A stretch of DNA of 64,000 nucleotides from Spirochaetia bacterium (GTDB taxonomy: Bacteria > Spirochaetota > Spirochaetia > SZUA-6 > Bin103). The position numbers were made by a program, and so were the translations under genes. Below the pieces are notes generated by a model, which was not told the origin of the DNA, made no database searches, and worked only from the letters and a program-made list of their open reading frames with translations. Below, one piece after another: positions 28,766 to 38,749 of the stretch (the first letter of the stretch is position 1; every line of letters begins with the position of its first letter). The stretch covers positions 576,001-640,000 of the forward strand of contig CBDAOI010000004.1 of the NCBI GenBank assembly GCA_965198005.1, read 5' to 3'.

Positions 28766-30214
28766 GTGCGCTCTCCCGGTCAGAATTCATCGATTTCATC
28801 CTGCGCCGTCCGCACCAGCGCCGTTGCGGTGCTCATCTGCTCGGTCATCCTGTGCGGGTGCGCGGGGTTCTCGGAGATCCGCCGCACCGAACAGTTCCTC
28901 ACCGAGTACTCCGCCGGCGAATACCAGGCTGCGAGCGCGGTGCTCGGCGGCGACACCGGCCTCGACTACGACGCGCAGGAGCTACTCATTTCCCTGCACG
29001 CCGGCATGGCGCTACGGGCCGCGGGCCGCAGCGCCGACTCGCAAGTCGCGTTCGACCGCGCCGAGGCGCAACTGCTGTGGAAGTCCGACTCGATCGCCAG
29101 CGTCGAGGACCTGCTGTCCGCCGGACTCACCGTGGTGGGCAACGATCTCATGGTCTCCTATCGGGGTACCATCTACGACGGCGTGCTGGTCAACACCTTC
29201 AAGGCGATGAACTCGATGCTGCTGGACGACGCGGCCCGCGCCCGGGTGGAGTTGAACCGGGCCGACCAGCGGCAGCAGAACGCGGTGCACCAGCTCGCCG
29301 CCAAGGTGCGGGCGCTGGGCGCCGGCGAGGAAGACGAGGAGCAGTACCAGGAGCACGTCGACCGCTCCCTGTCCGAGGTGATGGATCCGGACGGGCCCGT
29401 GGCCGCGCGGCTCGAGGCGGTGGAGGAGCTGGGACAGTACCGTGACCTGCGCAATCCGTTCACCGACTGGCTGCACGGCACCTTCCGGCTGGCGACCGGC
29501 GAGGCCAACCGCGCCTCCAACCTGTTCCGCAATGCGGCGGTGCTGGACGGCCGGCGCAACCGCCACGTGCTGGCCGACCTGGTGGAGGCCGAGCGGCTCG
29601 CGAGCGGCGGCCGCGGCGCCGCTGACGGGCGGGTCTGGGTGGTGCATGAGGACGGCGTCGGACCGTACCTCACCGAGTTCCGCTTCGATCTGCCGATATT
29701 CACCGGCGCCGGCGTGCTGATCGTCTCCGCCGCACTGCCCGAGTTCCGTCCGGGGTCACCGGCTGCGGGCTCGTTGCGGCTCGAGGCCGACGGCCAGGCG
29801 TACCAGACCGAGTTGCTCCTGAACGTCGACCGCTACGCTGCGACCGAGTTCCAGGCCGGCTACGACGCGGTGGTGTTCAAGGCCGTGGCCGGCACCGTGA
29901 TCAGGACCCTGCTGCAGCTCGAGATCCAGCGCCAGGCGGAAGAGCACGGCGGGCTGGCGTCGGTGCTGAACGTGCTCGCCCCGATCGCTTCGCTGGTGGT
30001 GACTCGGGCCGACACCCGCATCTGGCGGGCGCTGCCGCAGGCGGTCGGCGTGGCCAGTCTGCCGCGGCCCGGCGACGGCCGGCTGCGAATTACCGGCGCC
30101 GGCGTGGCCCACGATCTCACGCTGCCGCCCGGGCGGTTCGTCATGGTGGTGATCAAGACTGTTCGGCGGGGCGCCCCGACCGCGATCCAGGTTGCGGCGT
30201 TCGGCGACCGATAG
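28766..30214 (+). CDS. COG3014-like TPR-type lipoprotein
   Basis: Lipobox-like LCGC; ARVELNRA, ADTRIWRALP; start uncertain. Confidence 0.75.
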   Translation: MRSPGQNSSISSCAVRTSAVAVLICSVILCGCAGFSEIRRTEQFLTEYSAGEYQAASAVLGGDTGLDYDAQELLISLHAGMALRAAGRSADSQVAFDRAEAQLLWKSDSIASVEDLLSAGLTVVGNDLMVSYRGTIYDGVLVNTFKAMNSMLLDDAARARVELNRADQRQQNAVHQLAAKVRALGAGEEDEEQYQEHVDRSLSEVMDPDGPVAARLEAVEELGQYRDLRNPFTDWLHGTFRLATGEANRASNLFRNAAVLDGRRNRHVLADLVEAERLASGGRGAADGRVWVVHEDGVGPYLTEFRFDLPIFTGAGVLIVSAALPEFRPGSPAAGSLRLEADGQAYQTELLLNVDRYAATEFQAGYDAVVFKAVAGTVIRTLLQLEIQRQAEEHGGLASVLNVLAPIASLVVTRADTRIWRALPQAVGVASLPRPGDGRLRITGAGVAHDLTLPPGRFVMVVIKTVRRGAPTAIQVAAFGDR

Positions 30215-30278
30215 TGGTATATTGAAGGCAGAAGAAAAGGCAGAAAGAAGACGATGATCACGTATGGGAGGAAATAGA

Positions 30279-30902
30279 ATGAAGTCGTTCATCGGTCCCG
30301 CCATCGGACTGGCGGTCCTGCTGCTGGTCAGTTGCAAGACCACGCCCGTCTACGTGGATACGGATCGCCCGCCCCCGCAGCCCGGGGAAGCAACCACGCT
30401 CGGACTCGACTATCGCGACTTCGAGTACGCGGCCGAGCAGGCGGTGGATTCGTTCCTGAGCAGTCCGCTGTCGTTCAAGCCCGGCAGCACCCAGCCGTGG
30501 GTGATGGCGATCAGCCGCATGGTCAACGACACCACGCTCAACCTCGACACCGATCAACTGGTGAAGAAGATCCGCATCGACCTGCTCAACAGTGGCCGCG
30601 TGATGGTGACCACGGCGGTCGGGCTGGAGGGGCCTGAAGACCCGTTGAGCGCCAAGACGCGCGAGCTGCAGGATTCGGAGCTGTTCGATCAGGACACGGT
30701 CGCCGAGGACGGCACCATGATCGCGCCCGAGCTGAGCCTGTCCGGCAAGATCATCCAGCGCACCAACACGGTCGACGGCAAGCAGCAGGTCGACTACTAC
30801 TTCCAGCTCACCACGACCAACATCGAGACCGGCCTGGCGTACTGGGAGTTCGAGCAGGTGATCGTCAAGCAGGGAGACAACAAGAGCTTTGCGTGGCAGT
30901 AG
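30279..30902 (+). CDS. lpoB: LpoB-family lipoprotein
   Basis: RBS GGAGG; lipobox LVSC; NDT...LDTD, LSLSGKI, ETGLAYW. Confidence 0.8.
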   Translation: MKSFIGPAIGLAVLLLVSCKTTPVYVDTDRPPPQPGEATTLGLDYRDFEYAAEQAVDSFLSSPLSFKPGSTQPWVMAISRMVNDTTLNLDTDQLVKKIRIDLLNSGRVMVTTAVGLEGPEDPLSAKTRELQDSELFDQDTVAEDGTMIAPELSLSGKIIQRTNTVDGKQQVDYYFQLTTTNIETGLAYWEFEQVIVKQGDNKSFAWQ

Positions 30903-30909
30903 CGCCCGG

Positions 30910-32307
30910 ATGGCGCTGCGGCTGAGCGTCGCGGCGCTGTGGTCGGTTCTGGTCGTGGGCGGCGTGCACGCGCAGGTGGCGACCGAGAGCTCCGAGGTGC
31001 GCGGCCTCGGGGCGACCGAGGCGGAAGCGGTGCGGAACGCGTTGCAGCAAGCGGCCTTGCAGCTCTGCGGCGTATCGGTGCGGCCGGCCGAGTCGTCCAC
31101 GGTGTCGTTCGCGGTGCAGGGCGATAGTGTCAAGTTCATTGCGTGGATCAACGAACGGATCCAGGTTGCCACGGGCAAGGAGGACTGCCGCTTCCTTGGC
31201 TACGACGTGCTGAGCGCGGTCCGGGAGGACGACGGCATCCGCGTCCGGGTGCGGGTCGAGCACGCCACCTATCGCGTGCCGGGCGCCGCCGTGGAGCGCC
31301 GCCGGCTGGCGGTGCTGGAGTTCGTGCTGGACGAGGTGCATCTGTACGGCACCGGCGGCGGGCGCGAGCAGCGCAGCGGCGGCCGGGTCGTGCGGCGCGG
31401 GGTGGACGTGGACTACGACCTGATCCGCAACCTGCAGGAACGGTTCCGGGCGCGGATCGAGGAGCTGTTGACCCAGAGCCGGCGGTTCACGGTGCTCGAC
31501 CGGCGCGCCGGCGACCTGTACGAGCGGGAGAAGAGGCTGCTCGAATCGGCCGACGTCGACCCCGCGGAGGGGGCGCGGCTGGGCAAGGTGCTGGGCGCCG
31601 ACTACCTGCTGTACGGCACCGTCGACCGCATCGCGGTGGAGCACGAGCGCAAGGAAATCCGGATCAGCGGCGAGACGCAGGAGCGTACGCTCGGCGCCGT
31701 CCGGGCGCGCTACACGCTGCTCACCGTAGCCACCCGGCAGGTGCAGTGGTCCTCGTCGCTGGAGTTGGAGTTGATCCCGGAGGACGATGACCTCCGTCCG
31801 GAGCGGGTCGCGGAAGCGCTGCTCGATCAGCTCGGCGCGCAGGTCGCCGAGGAGGTGACGGGGAGCATCTATCCGCCGGTGGTCACCCAGGTCACCGGCC
31901 CGCGCGGCTTCGTGGTGAACCGCGGCGGCAAGACGGTGCGCACGGGAGATCTGTTCGAGGTGTTCGCGCTCGGAGAGATGCTGGTCGACCCGGACACGGG
32001 CGAGGATCTCGCCCGCCTCGAGACGTCGGTGGGGATCGCCCGAATCACGGCGGTGAAGCCCAGGTACAGCTTGGCGGAAATGGTCTCCGTCGGCGCCGAC
32101 ATCGCGCGCGGCATGGTGCTGCGCCGCTTCCGCGGCACCCTGGAGGAGCAGCCCCGGACGCGGCCGGCGGCGCCGGCAGAACCGGCGGCCGAGCAGCGCA
32201 ACTACCGCGACCTCCCCGGCGCCGAAGCCGCGGCCGAGAGCGCCGCCCGCGACGGCAAGGGCCTGCCCGCCTACCTCAACCGCGAAACCCTCCGGCGCCG
32301 CCGGTAA
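30910..32307 (+). CDS. CsgG/HfaB/FlgT-like exported protein
   Basis: Signal peptide; LTQSRRFTVLDR, GADYLLYGTV, LVDPDTGEDL. Confidence 0.8.
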   Translation: MALRLSVAALWSVLVVGGVHAQVATESSEVRGLGATEAEAVRNALQQAALQLCGVSVRPAESSTVSFAVQGDSVKFIAWINERIQVATGKEDCRFLGYDVLSAVREDDGIRVRVRVEHATYRVPGAAVERRRLAVLEFVLDEVHLYGTGGGREQRSGGRVVRRGVDVDYDLIRNLQERFRARIEELLTQSRRFTVLDRRAGDLYEREKRLLESADVDPAEGARLGKVLGADYLLYGTVDRIAVEHERKEIRISGETQERTLGAVRARYTLLTVATRQVQWSSSLELELIPEDDDLRPERVAEALLDQLGAQVAEEVTGSIYPPVVTQVTGPRGFVVNRGGKTVRTGDLFEVFALGEMLVDPDTGEDLARLETSVGIARITAVKPRYSLAEMVSVGADIARGMVLRRFRGTLEEQPRTRPAAPAEPAAEQRNYRDLPGAEAAAESAARDGKGLPAYLNRETLRRRR

Positions 32308-32508
32308 GCCGCACGCCCGAACCGACGGCGCTTACCCGGTGTGCCGGCTGACCGGGGCTGAACGGTTGAACGGCCGGGCGCTGACTGACGCTACACTGCG
32401 CGAGAAACTGCGCATCCGGCCGGAACTTTGACCGTCCGCATACCGATAATACGTAGTGACGGCGGTTCCTGAACGGCAAACCCCGCTCGGCGTAACGGAG
32501 GCAACGCA

Positions 32509-34032
32509 ATGTGCAGAACAGGTATCGGTGGTTTTCTACTCTTGGCTGCGAGTGCACTGGTGACTCACACCGGCTGCGTGTCTCCGGCGGCAACCGCGGA
32601 GACCGTGGCGGTGCCCACGCCGGAGGAGCGGGTGACCGTCCTCGAGGCTGAGGTGGCGGCCTTGGAAGCGGAGGTGGCCGCGGCGTACGCCGAGGCCGAG
32701 GCCGCGCTCGAGGAGTTGGACGCGGCCACGGCTGGCGCGATGTCGGCCGAGGAGATGGCCGCCGCGGCGCAGGAGGAAACCGCGCGCGCGAGCGCCGCCG
32801 TGGTCGCCGCCGTGACCGCCGCCAGCGCGGCGCAGGCGGAGGCTGCGCAGGCGGAAGCCGCAGTCGCTGCGGCCGAGACCGCGGCCGCGGAGGCCCGGGC
32901 CGAAACCGCGCAGGCGCAGGCTGCGGCCGCCACCGCCGCGGTCGCGCTGGCGGAGTTGCAGCGCAAGCGCACCGAGCACGAGGGCGCGGTGCAGGTCCAG
33001 GACACCGATGGGCACGGCGTCGTGGTGCCGGCCGGCCTGGATCTGAGCCTGCTGAATCTGGACTCCGCCCAGGTATCCCTGGCCGGGCCCAGTTCGTTCT
33101 ACCTCTCGCGCATCGGCTATCGGGGAGGCGAGTTCTCGGCCCGCCTGCGCTACGCCGGAGACAACCGGGCCGCCGTGGAGGCACTGTACGTGACGGGTGC
33201 CGGCGACATTCCGGCGATGGATCTATCGGCTCCCGCGCTCGACGTGGTCGCCTCCGATACGCTGGTCGTTTCCAACATCGGAATCGGTGGCGTGGCGTAC
33301 GCCTTCTCTCTGCGGGTGGGGCGTGACGGGGCGATTGCGTTCACCACGGCGCAGCAAGGACACCGAGTCCGGACAACCGCCGAGTTGCTGCGCGACGAGC
33401 TGATGAATTCATCCGATGCCCGGCGCCTCGTGCGCGGGTTCGGCGGCGGCGTCGCGCTGCCCGGCGAGGGGGTGTGGTCGGTGTCCGGCGCCGGGACGGT
33501 GCGCCAGACCGACACCGACGCGAGTCATGCGAAGTTCGCGTTCAGCGGCGTGGCGCAACCGGCGGTGGCAACCCTCTACGGCGTCGTTGCCCGCGCCGAC
33601 GGCGGTGCGCGCGCGGGTTTCGGACTGCACTTCCTGGCGTCGGAAACGCCGTGGTCCGGCAACACCTGGAACTTTGGACATTCCTACCTGATCTGGATGA
33701 CGCGGGAAAAAGGCTTCTATGGCACCGATGAGACCCAGGCCCAGCTCTACGAGTCGCTCGACGGCAATCGGCTGGTGTGGCGCAAGAGCAGAAGCGTCAC
33801 GCAGTCGTTGTCGTCCCGCGTGACGCTCGAGGCGCTCTACGATCCCAATGACTGCGCACCGACCATGGGCGGCGGACCGTGCCACGGGTCGATCACGGTC
33901 CTGGTGGACGGCATGGAGCAGTTCAAGCTGGCGGTATCGGCCGCGATCGCCGGGCGGGCGGCCGACACGGTAGCGCTGCGGGTCCTCGGTGGGCCGGTGG
34001 AGTTCTCCGACCTGTACGTGTATTCGCGCTGA
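32509..34032 (+). CDS. Hypothetical lipoprotein with Ala/Glu coiled coil and beta-rich C-terminus
   Basis: RBS GGAGG; signal ending HTGC; about 110-aa Ala-rich helix. Confidence 0.75.
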   Translation: MCRTGIGGFLLLAASALVTHTGCVSPAATAETVAVPTPEERVTVLEAEVAALEAEVAAAYAEAEAALEELDAATAGAMSAEEMAAAAQEETARASAAVVAAVTAASAAQAEAAQAEAAVAAAETAAAEARAETAQAQAAAATAAVALAELQRKRTEHEGAVQVQDTDGHGVVVPAGLDLSLLNLDSAQVSLAGPSSFYLSRIGYRGGEFSARLRYAGDNRAAVEALYVTGAGDIPAMDLSAPALDVVASDTLVVSNIGIGGVAYAFSLRVGRDGAIAFTTAQQGHRVRTTAELLRDELMNSSDARRLVRGFGGGVALPGEGVWSVSGAGTVRQTDTDASHAKFAFSGVAQPAVATLYGVVARADGGARAGFGLHFLASETPWSGNTWNFGHSYLIWMTREKGFYGTDETQAQLYESLDGNRLVWRKSRSVTQSLSSRVTLEALYDPNDCAPTMGGGPCHGSITVLVDGMEQFKLAVSAAIAGRAADTVALRVLGGPVEFSDLYVYSR

Positions 34033-34075
34033 CGTACGCGCCAGGTGGCGGCGGCCGCGGCCTGTGCGGGACGTC

Positions 34076-35398
34076 TCAGGCGGGGACGCCGGTCAGCGAT
34101 CCGTCCTCCGCCGCGTGCGCCACGGTGACCCGGCGCAACTCGCCCGCGGCCGGGGGTACGGCGGCCGGGAACCGGATGCGGAGATAGGACTCGCCGTAGC
34201 CGCTGGCGAGGCCGCCGGCCACATCCTCCACCAGCACCCGCTGGGTGCAGCCGCGCAGCCGTCGCGCCAGCCGGCGGCGGCCGGCGGCGGCCAGCGCCCG
34301 CACCGCGGCGCTGCGCTCTTCCTTGACCGGTTCGGGGACGGCATTGGGCAGACGGGCCGCCCGCGTGCCCGCGCGCGGCGAATAGCGAAAGGTGTGGATG
34401 TGCCCGAACCCCACTTCCCCGCAGACCCGCAGGGTAGCGGCGAAGTCGGCCTCGGTCTCGCCCGGAAAGCCCACCATCACGTCGGTCGAGAAATGGGCGG
34501 GGACGCCGCGCCGCCGCCATACGGCCCGGATGCGGGCCACCAGTGCGAGGTAGCGATCGACGTCGTACTCGCGGCGCATGCGCAGCAGCACCCGGTCGGA
34601 GCCGCTCTGGAGACAGAGGTGAAGGTGGGGGCACAGCCGGGGGTGGGCGGCCAGCTCGACGAACTGATCGTCCAGCGGATCCGGCTCCAGGGAAGAGACG
34701 CGGATGCGGAAGTCGCCCGGCAGGTCCAGCAGCTCCCGGAGCAGGCGGCTGAATCCCCAGCCGCACCAGTCGTACCGGCCGAGGTTGACGCCGGTCAGCA
34801 CCAGTTCGCGGTGACCGTCCCCAAGCAGGCGGCGCGCTTCCTCCAGGATGGCCGGCGCCGGCCGGCTGCGGGCGCGCCCGCGTACCGCCGGGATGATGCA
34901 GAATGTGCAGAAGTTGTCGCAGCCGTCCTGAATCTTGAGGGTCGGGCGGGTGTGCAGCGGCTGCGGTCCGGGACGGTACCCGAACGGGTCTTCCGGCAGC
35001 GCCGCCGGGTCCGCCACCTCACCGGCCAGGCAGGCCTCGACCAGATCGAAGATGGCGGCCTTGCGGGCGTTGTCCACGGCGTAGTCGGCGCCGGGCAGAT
35101 CGCAGCTCACGCCGCCCTGCGCGGTCACGTAACAGCCGGTGGCGACCACCAGCGGCCGGCGCCTCGCCGCCGAGTCGCGGCCGGCGCGGCGCAGTGCGTT
35201 GCGTGACTTGCGGTCGGCCTGACCGGTGACGGTACAGGTGTTGACCACCACCACGTCGGGCGGGTGCCCGCCGTTGCCCGCGGGCACTACCCGATAGCCG
35301 GCGGCCAGGAACCGCGCGGCCAGGGCATCGCTCTCGGCGATGTTCAGTCTGCAGCCGAGAGTGGCAAACGCGATGGTGCGCGGGGTCGCGGTCGGCAT
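34076..35398 (-). CDS. mtaB: tRNA methylthiotransferase MtaB
   Basis: TLGCRLN, NTCTVT, KIQDGCDNFCTFC radical-SAM motif, VGFPGET. Confidence 0.9.
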   Translation of the reverse strand: MPTATPRTIAFATLGCRLNIAESDALAARFLAAGYRVVPAGNGGHPPDVVVVNTCTVTGQADRKSRNALRRAGRDSAARRRPLVVATGCYVTAQGGVSCDLPGADYAVDNARKAAIFDLVEACLAGEVADPAALPEDPFGYRPGPQPLHTRPTLKIQDGCDNFCTFCIIPAVRGRARSRPAPAILEEARRLLGDGHRELVLTGVNLGRYDWCGWGFSRLLRELLDLPGDFRIRVSSLEPDPLDDQFVELAAHPRLCPHLHLCLQSGSDRVLLRMRREYDVDRYLALVARIRAVWRRRGVPAHFSTDVMVGFPGETEADFAATLRVCGEVGFGHIHTFRYSPRAGTRAARLPNAVPEPVKEERSAAVRALAAAGRRRLARRLRGCTQRVLVEDVAGGLASGYGESYLRIRFPAAVPPAAGELRRVTVAHAAEDGSLTGVPA

Positions 35399-35442
35399 TG
35401 GTGCGCGTGCCGGCGGCCGGTGCAGGCGCTCGGACGAACCGG

Positions 35443-36699
35443 TCAGGCGCTGCGGCGCGGCACGGCCGCGGCCGCCGCCGTGGCCGGCTCCTGCACGTAG
35501 CCGCGAAAGAAGTGGTCCAACTTCTGCGCCACCGCGGCGATCTCGTCGACGCGCGGCAGGAACACGACGCGGAAGTGGTCGGGCCGGTGCCATCCAAACG
35601 CCGTGCCGTGCACCAGCAGTACCTTCTCGGCCATCAGCAGGTCCAGAATCAGGCGTTCGTCGTCGACCACGCCGAACCGCTCGGCGTCCAGCTTCGGGAA
35701 CAGATAGAACGCCCCCTGCGGCCTGGTGCAGGTGATTCCGGGAATGGCGGTCAGCGCCTCGTAGAACGCGTCGCGCTGCACGGTCAGACGGCCGCGCGGC
35801 GCGGTGAGCTGATTGATGCTCTGGAAACCGCCGAGCGAGGTCTGGATCGCGAGCTGGCCGGGTACGTTGGAGCTCAGCCGCATCGCCGCCAGAATCCCGA
35901 GGCCCTCGATATAGTCGCGCGCCGCGTGCTTGGCGCCGCTCAGCAGCATCCAGCCGGAGCGGTATCCGGGCACCCGGTAGGTCTTCGACAGCCCGTTGAA
36001 GGTGGCGATCAGCAGGTCGTCGGCGAGCGTTGCCAGCGGCGTGTGGGTCACCCCGTCGTAGATGATCTTGTCGTAGATTTCGTCGGCGAACAGCACCAGC
36101 CGATGTTCGCGCGCCACGGCGACGATCCGTTCGAGGCATTCCCGTGGATACACCGCACCGGTGGGGTTGTTGGGGTTGATCACCACGACGGCGCGCGTGC
36201 GGTCGCTGACCTTGCTGGAGAGATCGGCCAGGTCGGGCGCCCAGTCCGACTCCTCGTCGCACAGATAGTGCACCGCGCGGCCGCCCGCGAGGTTGACCGC
36301 GGCGGTCCACAACGGGTAATCGGGGGCCGGGATCAACACTTCGTCGCCGTCGTTCAGCAGCCCCTGCATCGCCATCACGATCAGCTCGCTGACTCCGTTG
36401 CCGAGAAAGATGTCGTCGATCTCGACCCGCGGCACGCCGAGCGCCTGGTAGTGCTGCATCACCGCCTTGCGCGCCGAGAACAGCCCCTGCGCCTCACTGT
36501 AGCCCTGCCCGTGCGGGAGGTTGACGATCACGTCATGGACGATCTCGTCCGGGGGCGCGAACCCCCACGGCGCGGGGTCGCCGATGTTGAGCTTGGCGAC
36601 CCGGTAGCCTTCCTCTTCCAGGCGCCGGGCGGCGGCCAGCACCGGTCCGCGGATGTCGTAGCATACGTCCCTGAGCTTGTCCGACTTCGTGATCTGCAT
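35443..36699 (-). CDS. alaA: PLP-dependent alanine aminotransferase
   Basis: YDIRGP, GNGVSELI, NPNNPTG, NGLSKTYRVPGYRSGW. Confidence 0.9.
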   Translation of the reverse strand: MQITKSDKLRDVCYDIRGPVLAAARRLEEEGYRVAKLNIGDPAPWGFAPPDEIVHDVIVNLPHGQGYSEAQGLFSARKAVMQHYQALGVPRVEIDDIFLGNGVSELIVMAMQGLLNDGDEVLIPAPDYPLWTAAVNLAGGRAVHYLCDEESDWAPDLADLSSKVSDRTRAVVVINPNNPTGAVYPRECLERIVAVAREHRLVLFADEIYDKIIYDGVTHTPLATLADDLLIATFNGLSKTYRVPGYRSGWMLLSGAKHAARDYIEGLGILAAMRLSSNVPGQLAIQTSLGGFQSINQLTAPRGRLTVQRDAFYEALTAIPGITCTRPQGAFYLFPKLDAERFGVVDDERLILDLLMAEKVLLVHGTAFGWHRPDHFRVVFLPRVDEIAAVAQKLDHFFRGYVQEPATAAAAAVPRRSA

Positions 36700-36864
36700 G
36701 ACTTGAGACCACATAGTAACGCTTCACACGCCGCTACGGCTACGGTTTACGCGTGCCGAGCGCGTGTGGCGCGCCCGCGCCTTGGCCGTGCGCTGCCGTG
36801 TTGGCCGTGCCGTGCTGCGGCGGCGGTTGCCGCGCGCGCGCGAAAACCCTACCCTGGAGGCGGC

Positions 36865-38241
36865 ATGCGGCGGCTGCGTCTTGTTGGCCATCCGACCAGC
36901 CGGCTCCGCCTGAGCGCGACCGGTTGGCGAGCGACCGGTGTGCGGTTGCTGTTGTTCGGCGCCAGTTGCGCGGCGCTGTTGTCCGTGGCAGGGTGCGATG
37001 GCCTCGGCCCGCTGATCGAGCCGGCGGCCGACGACCACGGCGATACGCGTGCCTCCGCCACCGCGGTCGACCCCGACGCCGCAGCCACCTCCGGCGCCGC
37101 GCTCCGGGGCAGCCTCGAGTCCTCCACCGACGTCGATTACTTCAGTCTCGAAGTACCCGCAGCCGGCACCCTGGTGGCCTGGACCACGGGCGACACCAGG
37201 ACCGCCGGCCAGGTCCTGGACGGTTCCGGGACCGCGCTTCGGGTCGCTGACGAGGGTGCATCGGACGGCAACTTCCGGGTGCTGGCCGAAGTAGGCGCCG
37301 GCGTCCACTACATCCGCGTCGGCGGCCGGATGGAGAGCACGGGCAGGTACCTGCTGCATGTCCGGTACTATCGTGACTCCGACTTCAACATCGAATTGCG
37401 CTACCTGGGACCGACGCCGGACCCGGCGCGACAGCAGGCGGTCGAGGAAGCGGCCGTGTTCTGGATGAGCGCCCTGGTGCGCGACCTGCCGAACGTGGAG
37501 GTCAGAGCCGCCGTGAGGTGCACGGGAGACGCCCCGCTGCTCGCGGCGGGGACCGAAATCGACGACGTGGTGATCTTCATCGAGTGGGCTGATGACCTGG
37601 ACGGTCCGGGAGGAACCGTGGCGCAGGCCGGCGTCTGCCAGGTTCGCGAGGCCGGCAACCTGCCCACGGTCGCGATCATCAGTCTCGACACGCAGGATAC
37701 GGACGAAATGGAGCATCACGAGTTTCGCGCCGTGGTGCTGCACGAGATGGCGCACGCGCTGGGGTTCGGGGTGATCTGGCGGGGGCTGGGATTTCTGGAA
37801 GAGCCGTCCATCACGGGTCCAAAGCCGGTAGCGGGGAAGGATACTCATTTCGATGGACCCAACGCGGTTGTCGAGTTCGATCGGGTGGGGGGCGACCGGT
37901 ACGACGGCAGGCGCGTGCCGGTGGAGAACGATACCGCGCGGTACGGCCGGGGAGCGCTGGACAAGCACTGGCGGGAGTCGGTGTTCGGATCCGAGATGAT
38001 GACTCCCACGCTGGAGATCGGCGGCCACAACCCGGTCAGCCGGGTGACCATCGCGTCGTTCGAGGATCTGGGCTACGAAGTGGACTACGCCGTCGCGGAC
38101 CGGTTCACGTTGCCGGGGGGAGCCGCGGGCGCTCTGGGAGACCCGCCAGCCACCCTGGACCTGGGGGACGACGTCTGGCGCGGGCCGGTGCAGGTGGTGG
38201 ATGCCGCCGGCAACGTGGTCGGCGTGATCGAACCGGAGTGA
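36865..38241 (+). CDS. Leishmanolysin-like (M8) zinc metalloprotease lipoprotein with PPC-like domain
   Basis: Lipobox VAGC; DDHG...DVDYF; HEMAHALGFG; HWRE; EMMT Met-turn. Confidence 0.85.
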   Translation: MRRLRLVGHPTSRLRLSATGWRATGVRLLLFGASCAALLSVAGCDGLGPLIEPAADDHGDTRASATAVDPDAAATSGAALRGSLESSTDVDYFSLEVPAAGTLVAWTTGDTRTAGQVLDGSGTALRVADEGASDGNFRVLAEVGAGVHYIRVGGRMESTGRYLLHVRYYRDSDFNIELRYLGPTPDPARQQAVEEAAVFWMSALVRDLPNVEVRAAVRCTGDAPLLAAGTEIDDVVIFIEWADDLDGPGGTVAQAGVCQVREAGNLPTVAIISLDTQDTDEMEHHEFRAVVLHEMAHALGFGVIWRGLGFLEEPSITGPKPVAGKDTHFDGPNAVVEFDRVGGDRYDGRRVPVENDTARYGRGALDKHWRESVFGSEMMTPTLEIGGHNPVSRVTIASFEDLGYEVDYAVADRFTLPGGAAGALGDPPATLDLGDDVWRGPVQVVDAAGNVVGVIEPE

Positions 38242-38253
38242 GGCGGGCGCCGG

Positions 38254-38742
38254 TCAGGGAACGGGGTGCTGCGTTCGCGCCGGCCGGCAGTCGGACGACG
38301 GGCAGGCAGCCGCCTCGTAGCGCGCGGTGGCGGGCGCGTCGAAGCCCAGGACCACGCCGGCGGGCAGCCGCCGGCCGCACCAGCGGCACTTCAGGGGGAA
38401 CACACCGAGCCGGCGGCGCAGGGCGAAGGCGGCGCCGGCGGCGGCCAGCAGCATCGGGACGCCGGTCCACTCGGGGGCGTGAAACCGCCGCCCGAGCAGC
38501 ACCGCGCACCACAGCGCCAGCACGATGCCGGCGGCGATCAGCGACGCCGCGCGCCGGGCGTGGCCCGCGGCCGCCGGCACGGGCGGCGGCGCGCCCGGCG
38601 GCGCGGGGTCCGGCTGCCGGGGTTCCTCCGCTGCCGGCGCACCGGGGTGGCCGCCGGCGCGCGTCAGCCCGCGCTGCACCAGGTTGACGATCAGCAAGGC
38701 TACCAGCAGCACCGGCACCACCCGCCCGAGCAGGGTCAGCAT
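38254..38742 (-). CDS. Hypothetical membrane protein with CxxC
   Basis: Three hydrophobic segments; KCRWC; follows GT4 closely. Confidence 0.55.
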   Translation of the reverse strand: MLTLLGRVVPVLLVALLIVNLVQRGLTRAGGHPGAPAAEEPRQPDPAPPGAPPPVPAAAGHARRAASLIAAGIVLALWCAVLLGRRFHAPEWTGVPMLLAAAGAAFALRRRLGVFPLKCRWCGRRLPAGVVLGFDAPATARYEAAACPSSDCRPARTQHPVP

Positions 38743-38749
38743 GCGCCGA

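Noticed and set aside
32470-32510. c-di-GMP-I riboswitch (GGCAAAC...ACGCAA)
   Set aside because: Lacks the GAAA-capped P2 stem and the downstream P3; it overlaps the RBS
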